Positions 20,308 to 32,039 of a DNA stretch of 64,000 nucleotides are shown here, one piece after another. The position numbers were made by a program, and so were the translations under genes. The stretch comes from Bacteroidales bacterium (GTDB lineage: Bacteria > Bacteroidota > Bacteroidia > Bacteroidales > M50B96): NCBI GenBank assembly GCA_018401015.1, contig JAGYLP010000008.1, positions 33,944 through 97,943 of the forward strand. Reading direction: 5' to 3'. Positions within the stretch are counted from its first letter, which is position 1, and each line of letters starts with the position of its first letter. Under the pieces are notes generated by a model. The model ran no database searches. It was not told the origin of the DNA and was given only the letters and a program-made list of their open reading frames with translations.

Positions 20308-20339
20308 AAAAAGAAAGCCGCCCACAAGGGACGGCTTTC
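20305..20339. terminator. stem-loop between convergent genes (gaaagccg / cggctttc)
   Basis: 8-bp GC-rich stem (20313-20320 / 20332-20339) with an 11-nt loop. The A-run on the left gives a U-tract for the minus-strand YceI transcript. Confidence 0.5.
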
Positions 20340-20412
20340 CACGTTCACATCATGAAATAACCACCAGTACAGAAGTTTGGAAAAGTCCAGGTGATTACTC
20401 CATGCTTTTAAC

Positions 20413-21009
20413 TTAAGATTTTTTAGCTAAGAGGTTAACTTTCAACTTGAACTCATCGTAGATAGTCTTGTCGCCCAAATTGTCGAAGAAAGAACCAGAA
20501 CCATATTTCACATTGAACTTGCTTCGGTCGATGGTAATATTAGCGAAGAAACGCAATCCTTCAGGATCTTCCGACATGGTAGCTTTGAACTCAACAGGTT
20601 GAGTAGTTCCCTTAATGGTAAGGTTTCCTTTAACCGTGGCAAAACCTTTCGAGAAGGATTCAGTACTGGTTACAACGAGGGTAGCAGTAGGATGATCGGC
20701 TACTCCAAAGAAATCGTCCGATTTCAAGTGACCTACTAATTTACCATTGTATTCCGGATCGGTTAAGTCGAGGCATACGATGGAATTCATATCCATTACA
20801 AAGGTTCCGGATTTGATCTTAGCATCTTTCATTTCCAGATTTCCCGATTTAAGGCTGATGGTTCCGTTATGTTCTCCGGTTACTTTTTCTCCAAGCCAGT
20901 TTACGGTAGTTACTTTTGTGTCAACCGAATACTTCTGAGCAGCTAGGTCGTTCACTGAAACAAAGGCTAACATCAACATAGCACTTACTATAAGGGTGAT
21001 TTTTTTCAT
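20413..21009 (-). CDS. YceI family periplasmic protein
   Basis: The track ORF is 20413..21144. Met46 (ATG at 21009) gives the signal peptide MKKITLIVSAMLMLAF. The sequence WLGEKVTGEHNGTISLKSG...HLKSDDFF is YceI-like. Confidence 0.85.
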   Translation of the reverse strand: MKKITLIVSAMLMLAFVSVNDLAAQKYSVDTKVTTVNWLGEKVTGEHNGTISLKSGNLEMKDAKIKSGTFVMDMNSIVCLDLTDPEYNGKLVGHLKSDDFFGVADHPTATLVVTSTESFSKGFATVKGNLTIKGTTQPVEFKATMSEDPEGLRFFANITIDRSKFNVKYGSGSFFDNLGDKTIYDEFKLKVNLLAKKS

Positions 21010-21251
21010 GATTTTGATTTTTAAAGTGGTTAAGGAATTAATTGTGCTCTTAAACATGAAATACTGCTCTCGGTTCAGTAAGTCCATTTTTATTAACAAT
21101 TTTTTACCAAGAGTAAAGCTTTTACAGAAGCACACCCAATACAAGCAATTGATTCAATGTGCTTTAGAAAAAACACACCAGCAAGGCCACTTTTCAAATC
21201 GGGCCTCCTGGAGGAATCCTTATCTTTCCTCCTTCAAAAAAAACGACCAGC

Positions 21252-22559
21252 ATGAAAAAGGCTTCTTGGATTATCTTCTTCGTACTTCTAATGTATTCTT
21301 CTGATTCACAAGTGGTTTTTGAACAATATTTTGAATCGGCAAGCATGCGCTTCGACTACATAATCACTGGGAATAGTCGGGAACAGCACATTCAGTTCGA
21401 ACAACTCAAAAAGGAACCTTTTTGGGGCGGACCAAGGCAAGTATTAATCGAACCTTTCGACCTGGGCGATTATCAATTCCAAGTCTTCGATTACGAAACC
21501 AATGAGCTGCTTTACTCACGGGGTTTCTCCGACTTGTTTTTTGAGTGGCAGGATACCGAAGAAGCACGCTACATCGATCGGAGCTATTACGGATCGATTG
21601 TATTTCCCTTTCCTAAAAACAAAATCCACTTGCACATCCTTCGCCGGAAACGCAGCAAGGAATGGACCCTCCTTCATCAAACATCGATCGACCCGAAGCA
21701 TTACTTCATTCAGGAAGAAACACCTCCCCCCTATCCGGTTAAGACCATCCAAGAAAGTGGGAATCCAGCAGAAAAAATCGACCTCGTCATACTGCCCGAA
21801 GGTTACACCAAACGGGAAATGAGAAAGTTCAAAAGAGATGTAAAACGATTTACGCATTACTTCTTTCAACACGAACCCTTTTCATCCTACCGCGATGCTT
21901 TTAACATTCATGCCGTAATGGCTCCTTCTGCCGAATCGGGAACCGATATTCCCGGCGATTCAATTTGGAAAAATACCCTCTTGAACACACACTTCTACAC
22001 CTTCGATTCCGAGCGGTACTTAACCACTCGCGATGTGAAAACTATGCGCGATGTGGCTGCCGCGGCCCCCTACGATCAAATTTATATCCTGGTAAACACC
22101 GATAAATACGGTGGTGGTGGCATCTATAACTTCTATAATCTTTGCTCATCGGACCATCCGAATTCAGAAAAAGTGTTTGTGCATGAATTTGGACACGCCT
22201 TTGCCTGTTTGTCCGATGAATATGCCTACGATGCGACTCCGGCCGATTCGCTCTATTCGATGAACGAAGAACTATGGCAGGTAAACATTAGCAATTTGGT
22301 CGATTTCGATTCGAAATGGAAGGATTTGGTAAAAGAAAGCACTCCCATTCCAACGCCCGATACGCCTGAATATCAAAATGAAGTTGGAGCGTTCGAAGGA
22401 GGAGGATACACCTTAAAGGGAATCTATCGTCCAACCTACGATTGTAGAATGCGTTCGAATGCAGTCAACGATTTTTGTCCGGTTTGCGAACGTCATCTTA
22501 TCGAGATGATTCAGTTCTACACCGGGGAATCGGCCGACACTAAAAAATCGACTGAATAA
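21252..22559 (+). CDS. M64 family (IgA-peptidase-like) zinc metallopeptidase
   Basis: 435 aa with a signal peptide and the motif HEFGHAFACLSDEY. Confidence 0.8.
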   Translation: MKKASWIIFFVLLMYSSDSQVVFEQYFESASMRFDYIITGNSREQHIQFEQLKKEPFWGGPRQVLIEPFDLGDYQFQVFDYETNELLYSRGFSDLFFEWQDTEEARYIDRSYYGSIVFPFPKNKIHLHILRRKRSKEWTLLHQTSIDPKHYFIQEETPPPYPVKTIQESGNPAEKIDLVILPEGYTKREMRKFKRDVKRFTHYFFQHEPFSSYRDAFNIHAVMAPSAESGTDIPGDSIWKNTLLNTHFYTFDSERYLTTRDVKTMRDVAAAAPYDQIYILVNTDKYGGGGIYNFYNLCSSDHPNSEKVFVHEFGHAFACLSDEYAYDATPADSLYSMNEELWQVNISNLVDFDSKWKDLVKESTPIPTPDTPEYQNEVGAFEGGGYTLKGIYRPTYDCRMRSNAVNDFCPVCERHLIEMIQFYTGESADTKKSTE

Positions 22560-23331
22560 TTCCCAAAAATTCGTCATAAATCGGAGTGTTCGAGGCGAGA
22601 ATTTCTTTGCCATACATAAAATTGTTCCCGCCCCGATAATCGGAAACTCTTCCTCCCGCCTCTTTAACCAGGATGGCTCCGGCGGCTACATCCCAAGGGC
22701 TAAGTCCATATTCGTAAAAACCTTCGAATCGACCGCATGCAACGTAAGCCAAATCGGTGGCAGCCGAACCTAAGCGTCGCATGCCGTGGCTATGTTGCAT
22801 AAAGTACTCAAGGCTTTGGAGAAAGGGTTTCATCCGCTCATAATCGTAATACGGAAAACCAGTCGCAATGAGTGAATCTTTCACCTTTTGGGCTTCACTA
22901 ACCCGAATGGGGTCCCCATTTAAAAAAGCTCCTCCCCCTTTCCACGCATAGAAACTTTCGTTCAGGCTAACTTCATGAATTACTCCCAGCACCGGCTCTT
23001 CTTTATAGACCAGCGCAATGCTTATGGCAAATGGAGGTAATCCATGAATGAAGTTGGTGGTGCCATCCAAGGGATCAACAATCCATTTCCAATCGGTTGC
23101 TTCCGGGGCACGGGTTTCTTCTTCGACCACAAACGATGCCTCCGGTAATAAATTGGAAAGGCCATTGACCAGGATTTGTTCTGCCTGTTTATCGACATAG
23201 GAGACGTAATTGTGCAAGCCCTTTTCCTCGACAAAGCGAGTTGAAAATTGCTTTCGTTCCTGTTGAATAAATGCGGCTACTTCGGAAGCCAGCAGGCGAA
23301 CCGACTGAGAGAGAGGATCAAGTTGTATCAT
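22540..23331 (-). CDS. inositol monophosphatase family protein
   Basis: 263 aa with the motifs WIVDPLDGTTNF and GSAATD. Confidence 0.88.
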   Translation of the reverse strand: MIQLDPLSQSVRLLASEVAAFIQQERKQFSTRFVEEKGLHNYVSYVDKQAEQILVNGLSNLLPEASFVVEEETRAPEATDWKWIVDPLDGTTNFIHGLPPFAISIALVYKEEPVLGVIHEVSLNESFYAWKGGGAFLNGDPIRVSEAQKVKDSLIATGFPYYDYERMKPFLQSLEYFMQHSHGMRRLGSAATDLAYVACGRFEGFYEYGLSPWDVAAGAILVKEAGGRVSDYRGGNNFMYGKEILASNTPIYDEFLGIIQSIF

Positions 23332-23415
23332 GATTAGAAGCTAATTTTTACGATAGAAGCAACAAAGAAAACAAGTATCTTCGGAAACTTAAAGTAAAAG
23401 CAAGCCATACCGGAC

Positions 23416-23796
23416 ATGGAAGAAGCCAAACCCGAAAAATTATTTTACACTATCGGAGAGGTATCGAAATTACTCGGGGAAACAGTTCCCACCCTTCGAT
23501 ATTGGACTGAGCAATTCCCCATGCTTAAGCCCAGAACGAATAAGAAAGGAAACCGCTTATTCACACCCGAGGACATTGAATTATTGAAACGGATTCAGTT
23601 TTTACTTCGGGAAAAGAAGATGAAGATTAAAGGAGCCCGCGAAAGTTTAAAGCTCAAACCCGACGGTGTGGCCCGCAATACTGAATTGTTGGAACGGCTG
23701 AATCAGGTTAAATCGACCCTCCTTTCCTTGCAGCAAATTCTTCAGGAAAAATCGAAAGAACAGTCTTCGAAAACATCGGAATTGAAAAAAAATTAA
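23416..23796 (+). CDS. MerR family transcriptional regulator
   Basis: 126 aa. N-terminal HTH (YTIGEVSKLLGETVPTLRYWTEQF) followed by a coiled-coil tail. Confidence 0.8.
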   Translation: MEEAKPEKLFYTIGEVSKLLGETVPTLRYWTEQFPMLKPRTNKKGNRLFTPEDIELLKRIQFLLREKKMKIKGARESLKLKPDGVARNTELLERLNQVKSTLLSLQQILQEKSKEQSSKTSELKKN

Positions 23797-24128
23797 CGAT
23801 ATTCGCGCCTTAAATATGGGTGTAAATCAATCAACTAACTTATGGTTAATCCGCTAAATACAATGGATTTCCGAATCAAGACTTAGCGAAACGAAGAACC
23901 GACCTAAAACTTTCCCGGTTGTTTGGTTTGAAGCCCATTACACTAAACAGGAACGATGAAACAACAACAGAAAAGTCACTTGCTCCACACGCGAAGATTA
24001 ACAGCAATCGACACTTTTCTGCATCTGCCTTTCTCCCTCCCATTAGAACATAAATCCGATTTTTCAGCCCATGAAAAAGAGGAATCCTGTATCCATTTCT
24101 TCGACGATGTAAATCAAACTATAGTAAC

Positions 24129-25661
24129 ATGAAAGTAGGAATACCAAAAGAATTGTTAGCCACCGAACTCCGGGTGGCTGCTACGCCCAAAACGGTCGCA
24201 CGCCTTCAGAAGCAAGGGTTCGAAGTTTATCTCGAAAAAGGTGCCGGTATCAAATCCGGATACTCCGACGAGGCTTTCGAACATGCTGGGGTGCATCTGA
24301 TCGGAAGTGCTAAAGAATTATACGCAAGCATCGACTTGGTGCTCAAAGTGCAAGCACCCACTCCCGATGAAATCGATTTGATGAAGGAGAATACCGTTTG
24401 CCTGAGCTATTTATGGCCCGCCCAAAATCCAGATTTGCTGGAGAAACTGGCGGCTAAAAGAATCAATGCGATTGCCATGGATGCCATTCCCCGGATTTCA
24501 AGGGCTCAGAAAATGGACGTCCTTTCTTCGATGGCCAACATTGCCGGCTATCGGGCTGTGATTGAAGCCGCCAATCATTTTGGACGTTTCTTGAACGGCC
24601 AAATCACCGCTGCCGGCAAAGTTGATCCGGCTAAAGTGCTCGTTGTGGGCGCCGGGGTAGCAGGATTGGCTGCCATCGGAACGGCCAAGTCGCTCGGTGC
24701 TATCGTTCGGGCTTTCGATACACGTAAAGAAGTAGCCGAACAAATTCAATCGATGGGAGCTCAATTCCTTACCGTCGAAATTGATGAAGACGGTTCGACC
24801 GAATCCGGCTATTCCAAAGTAATGAGCCAGGCATTTATCGATGCTGAAATGGAGTTATTCCTGGAACAAGCGAAAGAGGTTGATATCATCATCACCACCG
24901 CTCAAATACCTGGGAAACAAGCTCCTAAGCTGATACTTGATTATCATGTAGCTGCTATGAAACCCGGATCGGTCATTGTCGATTTAGCGGCATCTACCGG
25001 AGGGAATTGCGTTTATACGAAAAACGAAGAAGTTGTCACCACCGATAATGGAGTCATCATCCTCGGTAAATTAGATCAGCTGCCTATGCAGGCTTCCCAG
25101 CTCTATGGCAACAACCTTTGTCACTTACTCGACGATATGGGTAAAGCCGAAAATTTCCATATCGACATGAACGACGATGTGGTGAAAAGAGCCATGGTAA
25201 CCTACGATGGAAAAGTAAACTGGCCACCAGAACCTTTATCGGTAACCGTAGCCAAACCCAAAACAGATACTGCACCGGCTAAACCGATCGTTTCCGACGC
25301 TGAAAAAGCAAAGAAAAAAGCAACCGGAACTCTCGTATGGTTAGGAGTAATTGGAGTCTTCCTCTTCCTTCTGGGTAAAGTAGCTCCAGCCGATTTCATG
25401 GGCCACTTCACCGTTTTCGTACTGGCTGTTTTTGTGGGCTGGCAAGTAATCTGGAATGTAACCCATGCCCTTCACACGCCACTTATGGCAGTAACGAATG
25501 CCATTAGTGGGATTATCATCATTGGCGGTTTGCTGCAGGTTGCCAACGACCTAACCAGCCCGATGACCATCCTGGCTTTAATCGCCGTTTTTGTTGCCAG
25601 CATCAATATTGTGGGAGGTTTCTTTGTTACCCATCGTATGTTAAAAATGTTTAGAAAGTAA
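24129..25661 (+). CDS. pntA: NAD(P) transhydrogenase subunit alpha (full-length, with membrane domain)
   Basis: 510 aa. Alanine-dehydrogenase-like dI domain with [13 protein letters not shown] and four C-terminal TM helices. Confidence 0.92.
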   Translation: MKVGIPKELLATELRVAATPKTVARLQKQGFEVYLEKGAGIKSGYSDEAFEHAGVHLIGSAKELYASIDLVLKVQAPTPDEIDLMKENTVCLSYLWPAQNPDLLEKLAAKRINAIAMDAIPRISRAQKMDVLSSMANIAGYRAVIEAANHFGRFLNGQITAAGKVDPAKVLVVGAGVAGLAAIGTAKSLGAIVRAFDTRKEVAEQIQSMGAQFLTVEIDEDGSTESGYSKVMSQAFIDAEMELFLEQAKEVDIIITTAQIPGKQAPKLILDYHVAAMKPGSVIVDLAASTGGNCVYTKNEEVVTTDNGVIILGKLDQLPMQASQLYGNNLCHLLDDMGKAENFHIDMNDDVVKRAMVTYDGKVNWPPEPLSVTVAKPKTDTAPAKPIVSDAEKAKKKATGTLVWLGVIGVFLFLLGKVAPADFMGHFTVFVLAVFVGWQVIWNVTHALHTPLMAVTNAISGIIIIGGLLQVANDLTSPMTILALIAVFVASINIVGGFFVTHRMLKMFRK

Positions 25662-25665
25662 TATC

Positions 25666-27057
25666 ATGATATCAGCACAAGTACAAACAGCCGCTTACTT
25701 ATTTGCCTCCATTCTGTTTATTCTAAGTCTGGGAGGACTCTCCTCACAAGAGTCGGCCAAACGTGGTGTCATTTACGGAATTATTGGGATGGCCATTGCT
25801 ATTCTTTCAACCGTATTTGGCGAAAATGTAGAAGGATATGTTTATATCCTGATTGCTTTCCTGGTGGCCTCGGTCATTGGAATTATTGTTGCTCGTAAAG
25901 TTGAAATGACTTCGATGCCTGAACTGGTTGCCATTCTGCATAGTTTTGTAGGTTTAGCAGCCGTTCTCGTTGGATACGGATCCTACCTCGATGAACACAC
26001 CATCCAGCTTACCGGAGCCGACCGAACCATTCATTTGGTCGAAATCTTCATTGGAGTCTTTATTGGTGCCATCACTTTTACCGGCTCCATTATAGCCTGG
26101 GGAAAACTTCAGGGAACTATCCGGAGCAAACCCTTGCTCTATCCCGGCCGACACGTAGTGAACATTATTTTAGTACTGATTGCCATTGCTATGGGAGTTA
26201 TGTTCGGACGTGCCGATGGAACCGAGGCAATGATGGAATTGTACATCATGACTGCCATCGCACTGTTCATAGGAGTGATGCTCGTTATGGCGATTGGTGG
26301 TGCCGATATGCCGGTAGTAGTGTCGATGCTTAACTCCTATTCGGGCTGGGCCGCAGCAGCTGCTGGTTTTATGCTGGGCAACGACTTACTGATTGTTACC
26401 GGCGCCCTGGTTGGATCGTCGGGTGCTATCCTTTCCATCATTATGTGCGAAGCAATGAACCGTTCCTTCCTCTCGGTTATTTTTGGAGGATTTGGCGAAG
26501 TGGCACAAGGAAATACGGTGATTGAAGGTGAAGTTACTGCCGCAACTCACGAAGAAGTAGCCGAAATGCTTCAGGAAGCTGAATCGGTGGTGATTGTACC
26601 TGGATACGGAATGGCTGTTGCAAAAGCACAGTACCCTATCTTCGATTTAGTCGAAAAACTGCGCAACAAAGGTAAATCGGTGCGTTTTGCCATCCACCCG
26701 GTAGCAGGACGTTTACCCGGTCACATGAACGTCCTATTGGCAGAAGCCAATGTTCCCTACGATATTGTTTTGGAAATGGATGAGATTAATCCTGATTTGC
26801 CCGACACCGATTTAGTAATGGTCATCGGTGCAAACGATATTGTAAACCCGGGAGCACAAGACGATGCTAGCAGTCCGATTTATGGTATGCCAGTTATTGA
26901 AGTTTGGAAAGCGAAAAAAGTAATCGTGATGAAACGCTCCATGGCCGCTGGTTACGCCGGTGTAGAAAATCCTCTCTTCTATAAAGAAAACACCGATATG
27001 CTTTATGGCGATGCCAAAGCTACCGTGGATCAACTCAATGCCAACTTATTGAAATAG
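25666..27057 (+). CDS. pntB: NAD(P) transhydrogenase subunit beta
   Basis: 463 aa. Multi-TM N-terminus plus a dIII NADP(H) domain ([13 protein letters not shown]...[18 protein letters not shown]). It starts 4 nt after pntA. Confidence 0.92.
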   Translation: MISAQVQTAAYLFASILFILSLGGLSSQESAKRGVIYGIIGMAIAILSTVFGENVEGYVYILIAFLVASVIGIIVARKVEMTSMPELVAILHSFVGLAAVLVGYGSYLDEHTIQLTGADRTIHLVEIFIGVFIGAITFTGSIIAWGKLQGTIRSKPLLYPGRHVVNIILVLIAIAMGVMFGRADGTEAMMELYIMTAIALFIGVMLVMAIGGADMPVVVSMLNSYSGWAAAAAGFMLGNDLLIVTGALVGSSGAILSIIMCEAMNRSFLSVIFGGFGEVAQGNTVIEGEVTAATHEEVAEMLQEAESVVIVPGYGMAVAKAQYPIFDLVEKLRNKGKSVRFAIHPVAGRLPGHMNVLLAEANVPYDIVLEMDEINPDLPDTDLVMVIGANDIVNPGAQDDASSPIYGMPVIEVWKAKKVIVMKRSMAAGYAGVENPLFYKENTDMLYGDAKATVDQLNANLLK

Positions 27058-27090
27058 AGGCAGAAGATTCTTCCTTCCAGGCAAAAGAAA

Positions 27091-27140
27091 AAAGGAGTGA
27101 AATTGGAAATTAAAAATCCATTTCACTCCTTTCTTTTTGG
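27091..27140 (+). terminator. long hairpin plus T-run after pntB
   Basis: aaaggagtgaaat (27091-27103) pairs with atttcactccttt (27120-27132). It is followed by ctttttgg. Confidence 0.65.
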
Positions 27141-27154
27141 AAGGAAAACGAGTA

Positions 27155-27676
27155 CTAATGCTCCGGAAAAATGAGCTTACTGGTGTCGAATCCTTCATCG
27201 GAGGCTCGTTGCAATAAACGTTTAAGTGTTTCTTCATCCAGCTCGGGTGTTCGAGCCAAAATCCAGAAATAATCGCGCGAAGGGGTACCAATTAAGGCAT
27301 ACCGATAAGCCCCATCTAACTCAAAAATGTAGTAATCGCCCCAAAAAGGGCGGAAAAAACTAACCTTTAATCGACCAGGATATCGTTCATCGGGAACCTT
27401 GGCAATCCCTTTCGATTGCTGAAGCTTAGAGGGATCGTCGATCTTCCGGCCGCTGTTGATTACCTCTATTCGGCCATTCTCCATCAACCTATACTCAGCT
27501 GTAATGGAGTTCAATCCGCGTTCGAAACTATTAGGCAACCGGGCTATTTCATACCATTTTCCTTGGTACTGATTTAAATCGACCTCTGCAACGGTAATGA
27601 GATCGCGCGTTGGGCCGCAACTGAAAAATGACAACAGCGTCATAAGCATCAAGCTGGTTAAAAGATTCTTATTCAT
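27155..27676 (-). CDS. blc: bacterial lipocalin (Blc-like) lipoprotein
   Basis: 173 aa with a lipobox (LLSFFS-C-GP) and the motifs YQGKWYEIARLPNSFERG and YWILAR. Confidence 0.88.
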   Translation of the reverse strand: MNKNLLTSLMLMTLLSFFSCGPTRDLITVAEVDLNQYQGKWYEIARLPNSFERGLNSITAEYRLMENGRIEVINSGRKIDDPSKLQQSKGIAKVPDERYPGRLKVSFFRPFWGDYYIFELDGAYRYALIGTPSRDYFWILARTPELDEETLKRLLQRASDEGFDTSKLIFPEH

Positions 27677-27765
27677 AGAGACCGATTTTACAATTACCCT
27701 TACTTAAAATGTATTCAGCCAACAAACCAACCGAAATTCACCCCCTCAATCGAAGGCTAAACTAG

Positions 27766-29820
27766 CTATTTCTCGATCCGAATTCGTGCATCGACTGCAA
27801 TAATTTTTTCTGGAGTTCCCAGCAAAGGATTCAAATCCATTTCGAATATTTCAGGTGCGGCCTCCAACAAATTAGACAAACGCACCAAAATTTCCGCGAA
27901 AGCCTCCTGATTAATTCCCTTTTGTCCACGAACACCTTTAATTAATGGATAAGATTTCAGTCCTCGAATGGATTGTATTGCTTCAGAATAACTCAGCGGA
28001 ACGAGATTCGATTTCACATCTTTAAAAACCTCGATAAAAATTCCACCTAAACCGCTTAGTAATAAGTGTCCGAAGGTATCTTCCCGTTTCGCTCCGGCAA
28101 AAATCTCCAAACCACTCAACATGGGCTGCAACAAAATGGCGGTTGTTTCCGGGATTTGAATCATTCGTTCGAATTCGGCCGCCACTTTTTCTGGCGTATC
28201 CACATGCAATACAACTCCGCCCACATCCGATTTATGGACCGGGCCAACTACCTTCATGACCACCGGATAACCCAGATTTTTAGCGGCTTGTTGAGCTTCT
28301 TCCGAACTCGTAACGACCGCCTCACCAGCACGGGGAATTCCGGCTGCATCGAGCAAGCTCATCATATCGGCCGAACCCAAATAGCCATTATCGGCACGTT
28401 CAACTACTTCTCTAATCTTTTGGATATCAACAGGAAAAGTTTTCTCCTCCAATTCCAACCGGTCATTGCTCCGAATAATCTTGGCCAGAGCATTCCCTAG
28501 TACCACTTCGTCGGGGAAATAGACCCTGCCACGATCGGTAAACTCTTTAATCTCTTCGGCTGCCGTAACAATCGAAGGTAAGACCGGATAAATGGGTTTG
28601 GAATGAATTTTCAATTTTTCATCAATTACCCGATAAGCATCGTTCACTTTATCCAAACCGGCTGTTCCGAAAATGACGATCATGCCATCGATGTCGTCTA
28701 GCTCATTCACATAATCGATAATGGTTGCGAGTTGCTCGGCGGTACCGGTTGCAAGAAAGTCGATTGGATTTTCGACCGAGGACCCGGGAAAAAGTTCAGC
28801 CAACAAATCGGAAGCTTTTTCCTTCCCGATAGGAGGAACCTCTAACCCTCCATTCGAGAGTGCATCGGTAAGCATTACGGCCGGACCTCCGGCATGGGTG
28901 ACGATGGCAATGCGTTTTCCTTTTAATTCGGGATACATAAACACCGAAGCAACCGCTGTAAGCTCCTCGCGTCCAGAACAACGAACAATACCCGCTTTGG
29001 CGAATAGCGAATCGACTGCTACATCGGAGCTGGCTAGCGCCCCGGTATGCGATGAGGCAGCACGACTTCCTGCCTCTGATCCACCCGATTTAACAGCGGC
29101 AATCCGACAACCTTTGGCTATTAAGGACTGAGCGTGCTTTAATAATTTCTGAGGCTTTTGTATGGTTTCGATGTAGAGTAATTTGACCGATGAACTAGTG
29201 CCCGGATCGTAGGTTTCATCCATGTATTCGAGTACTTCTTCCACGCCTATTTGAGCACTATTGCCAACCGAAAAAACGCGTGCAAATGGTAAACCCTTCG
29301 GGATACCCGATTCCATTATGAAGCAAGCAGTTGCTCCGGAACCGGAAATGAAATCGCAACCCTGATTCGTCAATTTGGGAATCGGACGGGTAAACACACC
29401 ATGATAATCGGGTGTTAGCACGCCAATACAATTGGGACCAATCAGACTAGCGCCGGCATCTTCAACTAATTGAATCACTTGTTGTTCCAGTTGCTTTCCT
29501 TCTTCACTTTCCTCGCTAAATCCAGCCGACAAGATGATAAAGCCGCCTGTATTTTTTTGTTGAGTAAGTACCCGAACAGTATCGGGGATATATTTGGCAG
29601 CAATCGCAATGATGGCCAAATCTACTTCGGGCAAATCTTCTACACGAGCAAAAGATGGAACTCCCTGAACAGTTGCTTCCTTCGGATTTAAAACAACCAG
29701 ATTCCCCTGGTAATTTCCTTCCAATAAATTGAGAAGAACCTTTCCTCCCGGTTTACGCACGTCGTTCGATCCGCCAATAACGGCTATACTCTTGGGAAAA
29801 AGCAATTTAGAATTAATCAT
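27766..29820 (-). CDS. ADP-forming acetyl-CoA synthetase family protein (CoA-binding + succinyl-CoA-ligase-like + ATP-grasp)
   Basis: 684 aa. SIAVIGGS...PGGKVL (CoA-binding) and GPNCIGV motifs, plus a C-terminal ATP-grasp domain (GYPVVMKVVGPVHKSDVGGV). Confidence 0.85.
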   Translation of the reverse strand: MINSKLLFPKSIAVIGGSNDVRKPGGKVLLNLLEGNYQGNLVVLNPKEATVQGVPSFARVEDLPEVDLAIIAIAAKYIPDTVRVLTQQKNTGGFIILSAGFSEESEEGKQLEQQVIQLVEDAGASLIGPNCIGVLTPDYHGVFTRPIPKLTNQGCDFISGSGATACFIMESGIPKGLPFARVFSVGNSAQIGVEEVLEYMDETYDPGTSSSVKLLYIETIQKPQKLLKHAQSLIAKGCRIAAVKSGGSEAGSRAASSHTGALASSDVAVDSLFAKAGIVRCSGREELTAVASVFMYPELKGKRIAIVTHAGGPAVMLTDALSNGGLEVPPIGKEKASDLLAELFPGSSVENPIDFLATGTAEQLATIIDYVNELDDIDGMIVIFGTAGLDKVNDAYRVIDEKLKIHSKPIYPVLPSIVTAAEEIKEFTDRGRVYFPDEVVLGNALAKIIRSNDRLELEEKTFPVDIQKIREVVERADNGYLGSADMMSLLDAAGIPRAGEAVVTSSEEAQQAAKNLGYPVVMKVVGPVHKSDVGGVVLHVDTPEKVAAEFERMIQIPETTAILLQPMLSGLEIFAGAKREDTFGHLLLSGLGGIFIEVFKDVKSNLVPLSYSEAIQSIRGLKSYPLIKGVRGQKGINQEAFAEILVRLSNLLEAAPEIFEMDLNPLLGTPEKIIAVDARIRIEK

Positions 29821-29948
29821 ATGGGTATAAACAGTTAATTGTTCGTAATGCTACAAAGGTAACACTCTGCCCATATTCCTTAGGTGTTCTCCAACACCCG
29901 GACAACAATTTAAGCACATGACTGTTACATCCCAACAAAAAACACAAC

Positions 29949-31235
29949 ATGCATCAATCACCCGTAGTAGTTCATTGGTTTCGGCGCGACTTACGACTTT
30001 CCGACAATCCTGCGCTTTCGGCAGCGAGCCACAGCCCCTTCCCAACCCTCCCACTCTTTATCTTCGACCGGGAAATTCTCGACCCACTGGAGCGAGACGA
30101 TGCCCGTGTGAGCTTTATTCACGAAAGTCTGCAGCAAATCAACTTGGATCTGCAACAGCACCAAGCTTCCCTCTTGATAAAAAAGGGTGAACCCTTGCAC
30201 GTTTGGAAGGAATTGGTAAAAGAGTTCAATATCCAGGGAGTTTATTTAAATCGCGACTACGAGCCTTATGCATTGAATCGCGATTCGGCTATTGGTGAGT
30301 TCCTTAAGCAACAAGGCATACCGGTGTATTCCTTTCAGGATCAGGTAATTTTTGAACCCAACGAAATCTTGAAAGCCGATGGAAAGCCCTATACCATTTA
30401 TACCCCCTACAAGAAAAAATGGCTCGAGCGCTTCGACACCAGTCGATTGAATGCATTTCCAGTGAATAAAAAGGGCTTTCTAACCTCAAACTTCCCTTTC
30501 CCAGCAATTCAATCAATTGGTTTTCAAGAATCTAAGGTCAAAGCAAAACCAATACAATGGGACCAATTGCACCAGTATGGCGAATGGCGCGATTTTCCTG
30601 CCAAGGCTGTTGGATCGAACCTGGGACCCCACCTTCGATTTGGGACGATAAGCACACGCGAGGCCGTTCAAAGAGCCACGGAAACGAACGAAGTTTTTCT
30701 GAGTGAGCTTATTTGGCGGGAATTTTTCATGCAAATCCTCTTTCATTTTCCCTCGGTTATCACCCATAGTTTTCATGCAAAGTACGACCGAATTGCCTGG
30801 AGAAATAATCCAGAAGAATTCGGACGTTGGTGCGAAGGGAAAACAGGATTTCCGATGGTCGATGCGGGCATGCGTGAATTAAAAGCAACCGGAACAATGC
30901 ACAATCGGGTAAGAATGGTAACCGCCAGTTTTCTAACGAAACATTTACTCATCGATTGGCGCTTAGGAGAAGCTTGGTTTGCCAAGCACTTGCTCGACTA
31001 CGAACTCGCTTCGAACAATGGGAACTGGCAATGGGCAGCAGGAACGGGTTGCGATGCTGCTCCCTATTTCCGCATTTTCAACCCAATGGAGCAATTCAAG
31101 AAGTTCGATCCGCAGGCAATGTATGTTAGAAAGTATGTTCCCGAATGGGATCGCTTCGATTATGTACCGCCTATGGTGGATCATAAAATGGCTCGTGAGA
31201 GAGCTTTGAAGACATACAAAGAAGGGATTATGTAA
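29949..31235 (+). CDS. deoxyribodipyrimidine photolyase / cryptochrome family protein
   Basis: 428 aa. N-terminal WFRRDLRLSDNPAL and C-terminal FAD-binding motifs (LIWREFF, MHNRVRM, NNGNWQWAAGTG) are present. Confidence 0.9.
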   Translation: MHQSPVVVHWFRRDLRLSDNPALSAASHSPFPTLPLFIFDREILDPLERDDARVSFIHESLQQINLDLQQHQASLLIKKGEPLHVWKELVKEFNIQGVYLNRDYEPYALNRDSAIGEFLKQQGIPVYSFQDQVIFEPNEILKADGKPYTIYTPYKKKWLERFDTSRLNAFPVNKKGFLTSNFPFPAIQSIGFQESKVKAKPIQWDQLHQYGEWRDFPAKAVGSNLGPHLRFGTISTREAVQRATETNEVFLSELIWREFFMQILFHFPSVITHSFHAKYDRIAWRNNPEEFGRWCEGKTGFPMVDAGMRELKATGTMHNRVRMVTASFLTKHLLIDWRLGEAWFAKHLLDYELASNNGNWQWAAGTGCDAAPYFRIFNPMEQFKKFDPQAMYVRKYVPEWDRFDYVPPMVDHKMARERALKTYKEGIM

Positions 31236-31269
31236 AAAAAAAAGAGAGCGAAAAGCTCTCTTTTTTTTT
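31235..31269. terminator. bidirectional rho-independent terminator
   Basis: A9 - agagagc gaaaa gctctct - T9, located between convergent genes. Confidence 0.8.
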
Positions 31270-32020
31270 AGATGGTGATATCACCACTTATTTCGTTATC
31301 GACCAGGATTCGGCCGCAATATTCACATGGGATAATTTTTTTGCGTGAGCGAATATCAAGCTGACGTTGTGGTGGAATTTTATTAAAACAACCTCCGCAG
31401 GCATCCCGTTGAACGGGTACAACCGCTAATCCATTTAGGGTATTTGCCCGAATGCGACGATAGGCACTCAATAAACGCGATTCGATTATTTGACTAATTT
31501 CTTCGGAACGCTTCATCAGTTCATCCTCTTCTTTAGCCGTTTCTTGAATAATCTCGCTTAATTCATCTTTCTTATGCTTAAGATCGTTCTTGCGTTCTTC
31601 CAATAAATTTTCGGAATCTTGAATCGTGATTTTTTTCTCCTCCATTTGAGTGGTAAATTCACGAATTCTCTTTTCGAACAATTCAATTTCAAGCGTTTGA
31701 AATTCGATCTCTTTTGTTAAAGAATCGAATTCACGATTATTTCTAACATTATTTTGTTGCTCTTCGTATTTCTTAATGAGCGAAGTCGATTCAACAATGT
31801 TATTGTGTTTATCTTTAATGGCTTGCTCTAACTCCTGCAGTTCATCCTTCAGGTTGGAAATACGTGTTTCCAAGCCGGCAATCTCATCTTCTAAGTCACC
31901 TACCTCTAAAGGAAGCTCTCCTCGTAAGATTTTAATCTTGTCAATTTTCGAATCATTGTCCTGAAGCTCGTATAAAGCCCTCAATTTTTCCTCTACCGTA
32001 AGTTCTTTAATGTCTGCCAT
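31268..32020 (-). CDS. coiled-coil zinc-ribbon protein (COG1579-type)
   Basis: 250 aa. A long coiled coil is followed by a C4 ribbon (CGGC...CEYCGRIL). It forms the usual pair with Nif3. Confidence 0.8.
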   Translation of the reverse strand: MADIKELTVEEKLRALYELQDNDSKIDKIKILRGELPLEVGDLEDEIAGLETRISNLKDELQELEQAIKDKHNNIVESTSLIKKYEEQQNNVRNNREFDSLTKEIEFQTLEIELFEKRIREFTTQMEEKKITIQDSENLLEERKNDLKHKKDELSEIIQETAKEEDELMKRSEEISQIIESRLLSAYRRIRANTLNGLAVVPVQRDACGGCFNKIPPQRQLDIRSRKKIIPCEYCGRILVDNEISGDITI

Positions 32021-32039
32021 TATTTTGATTTTCAGTTAC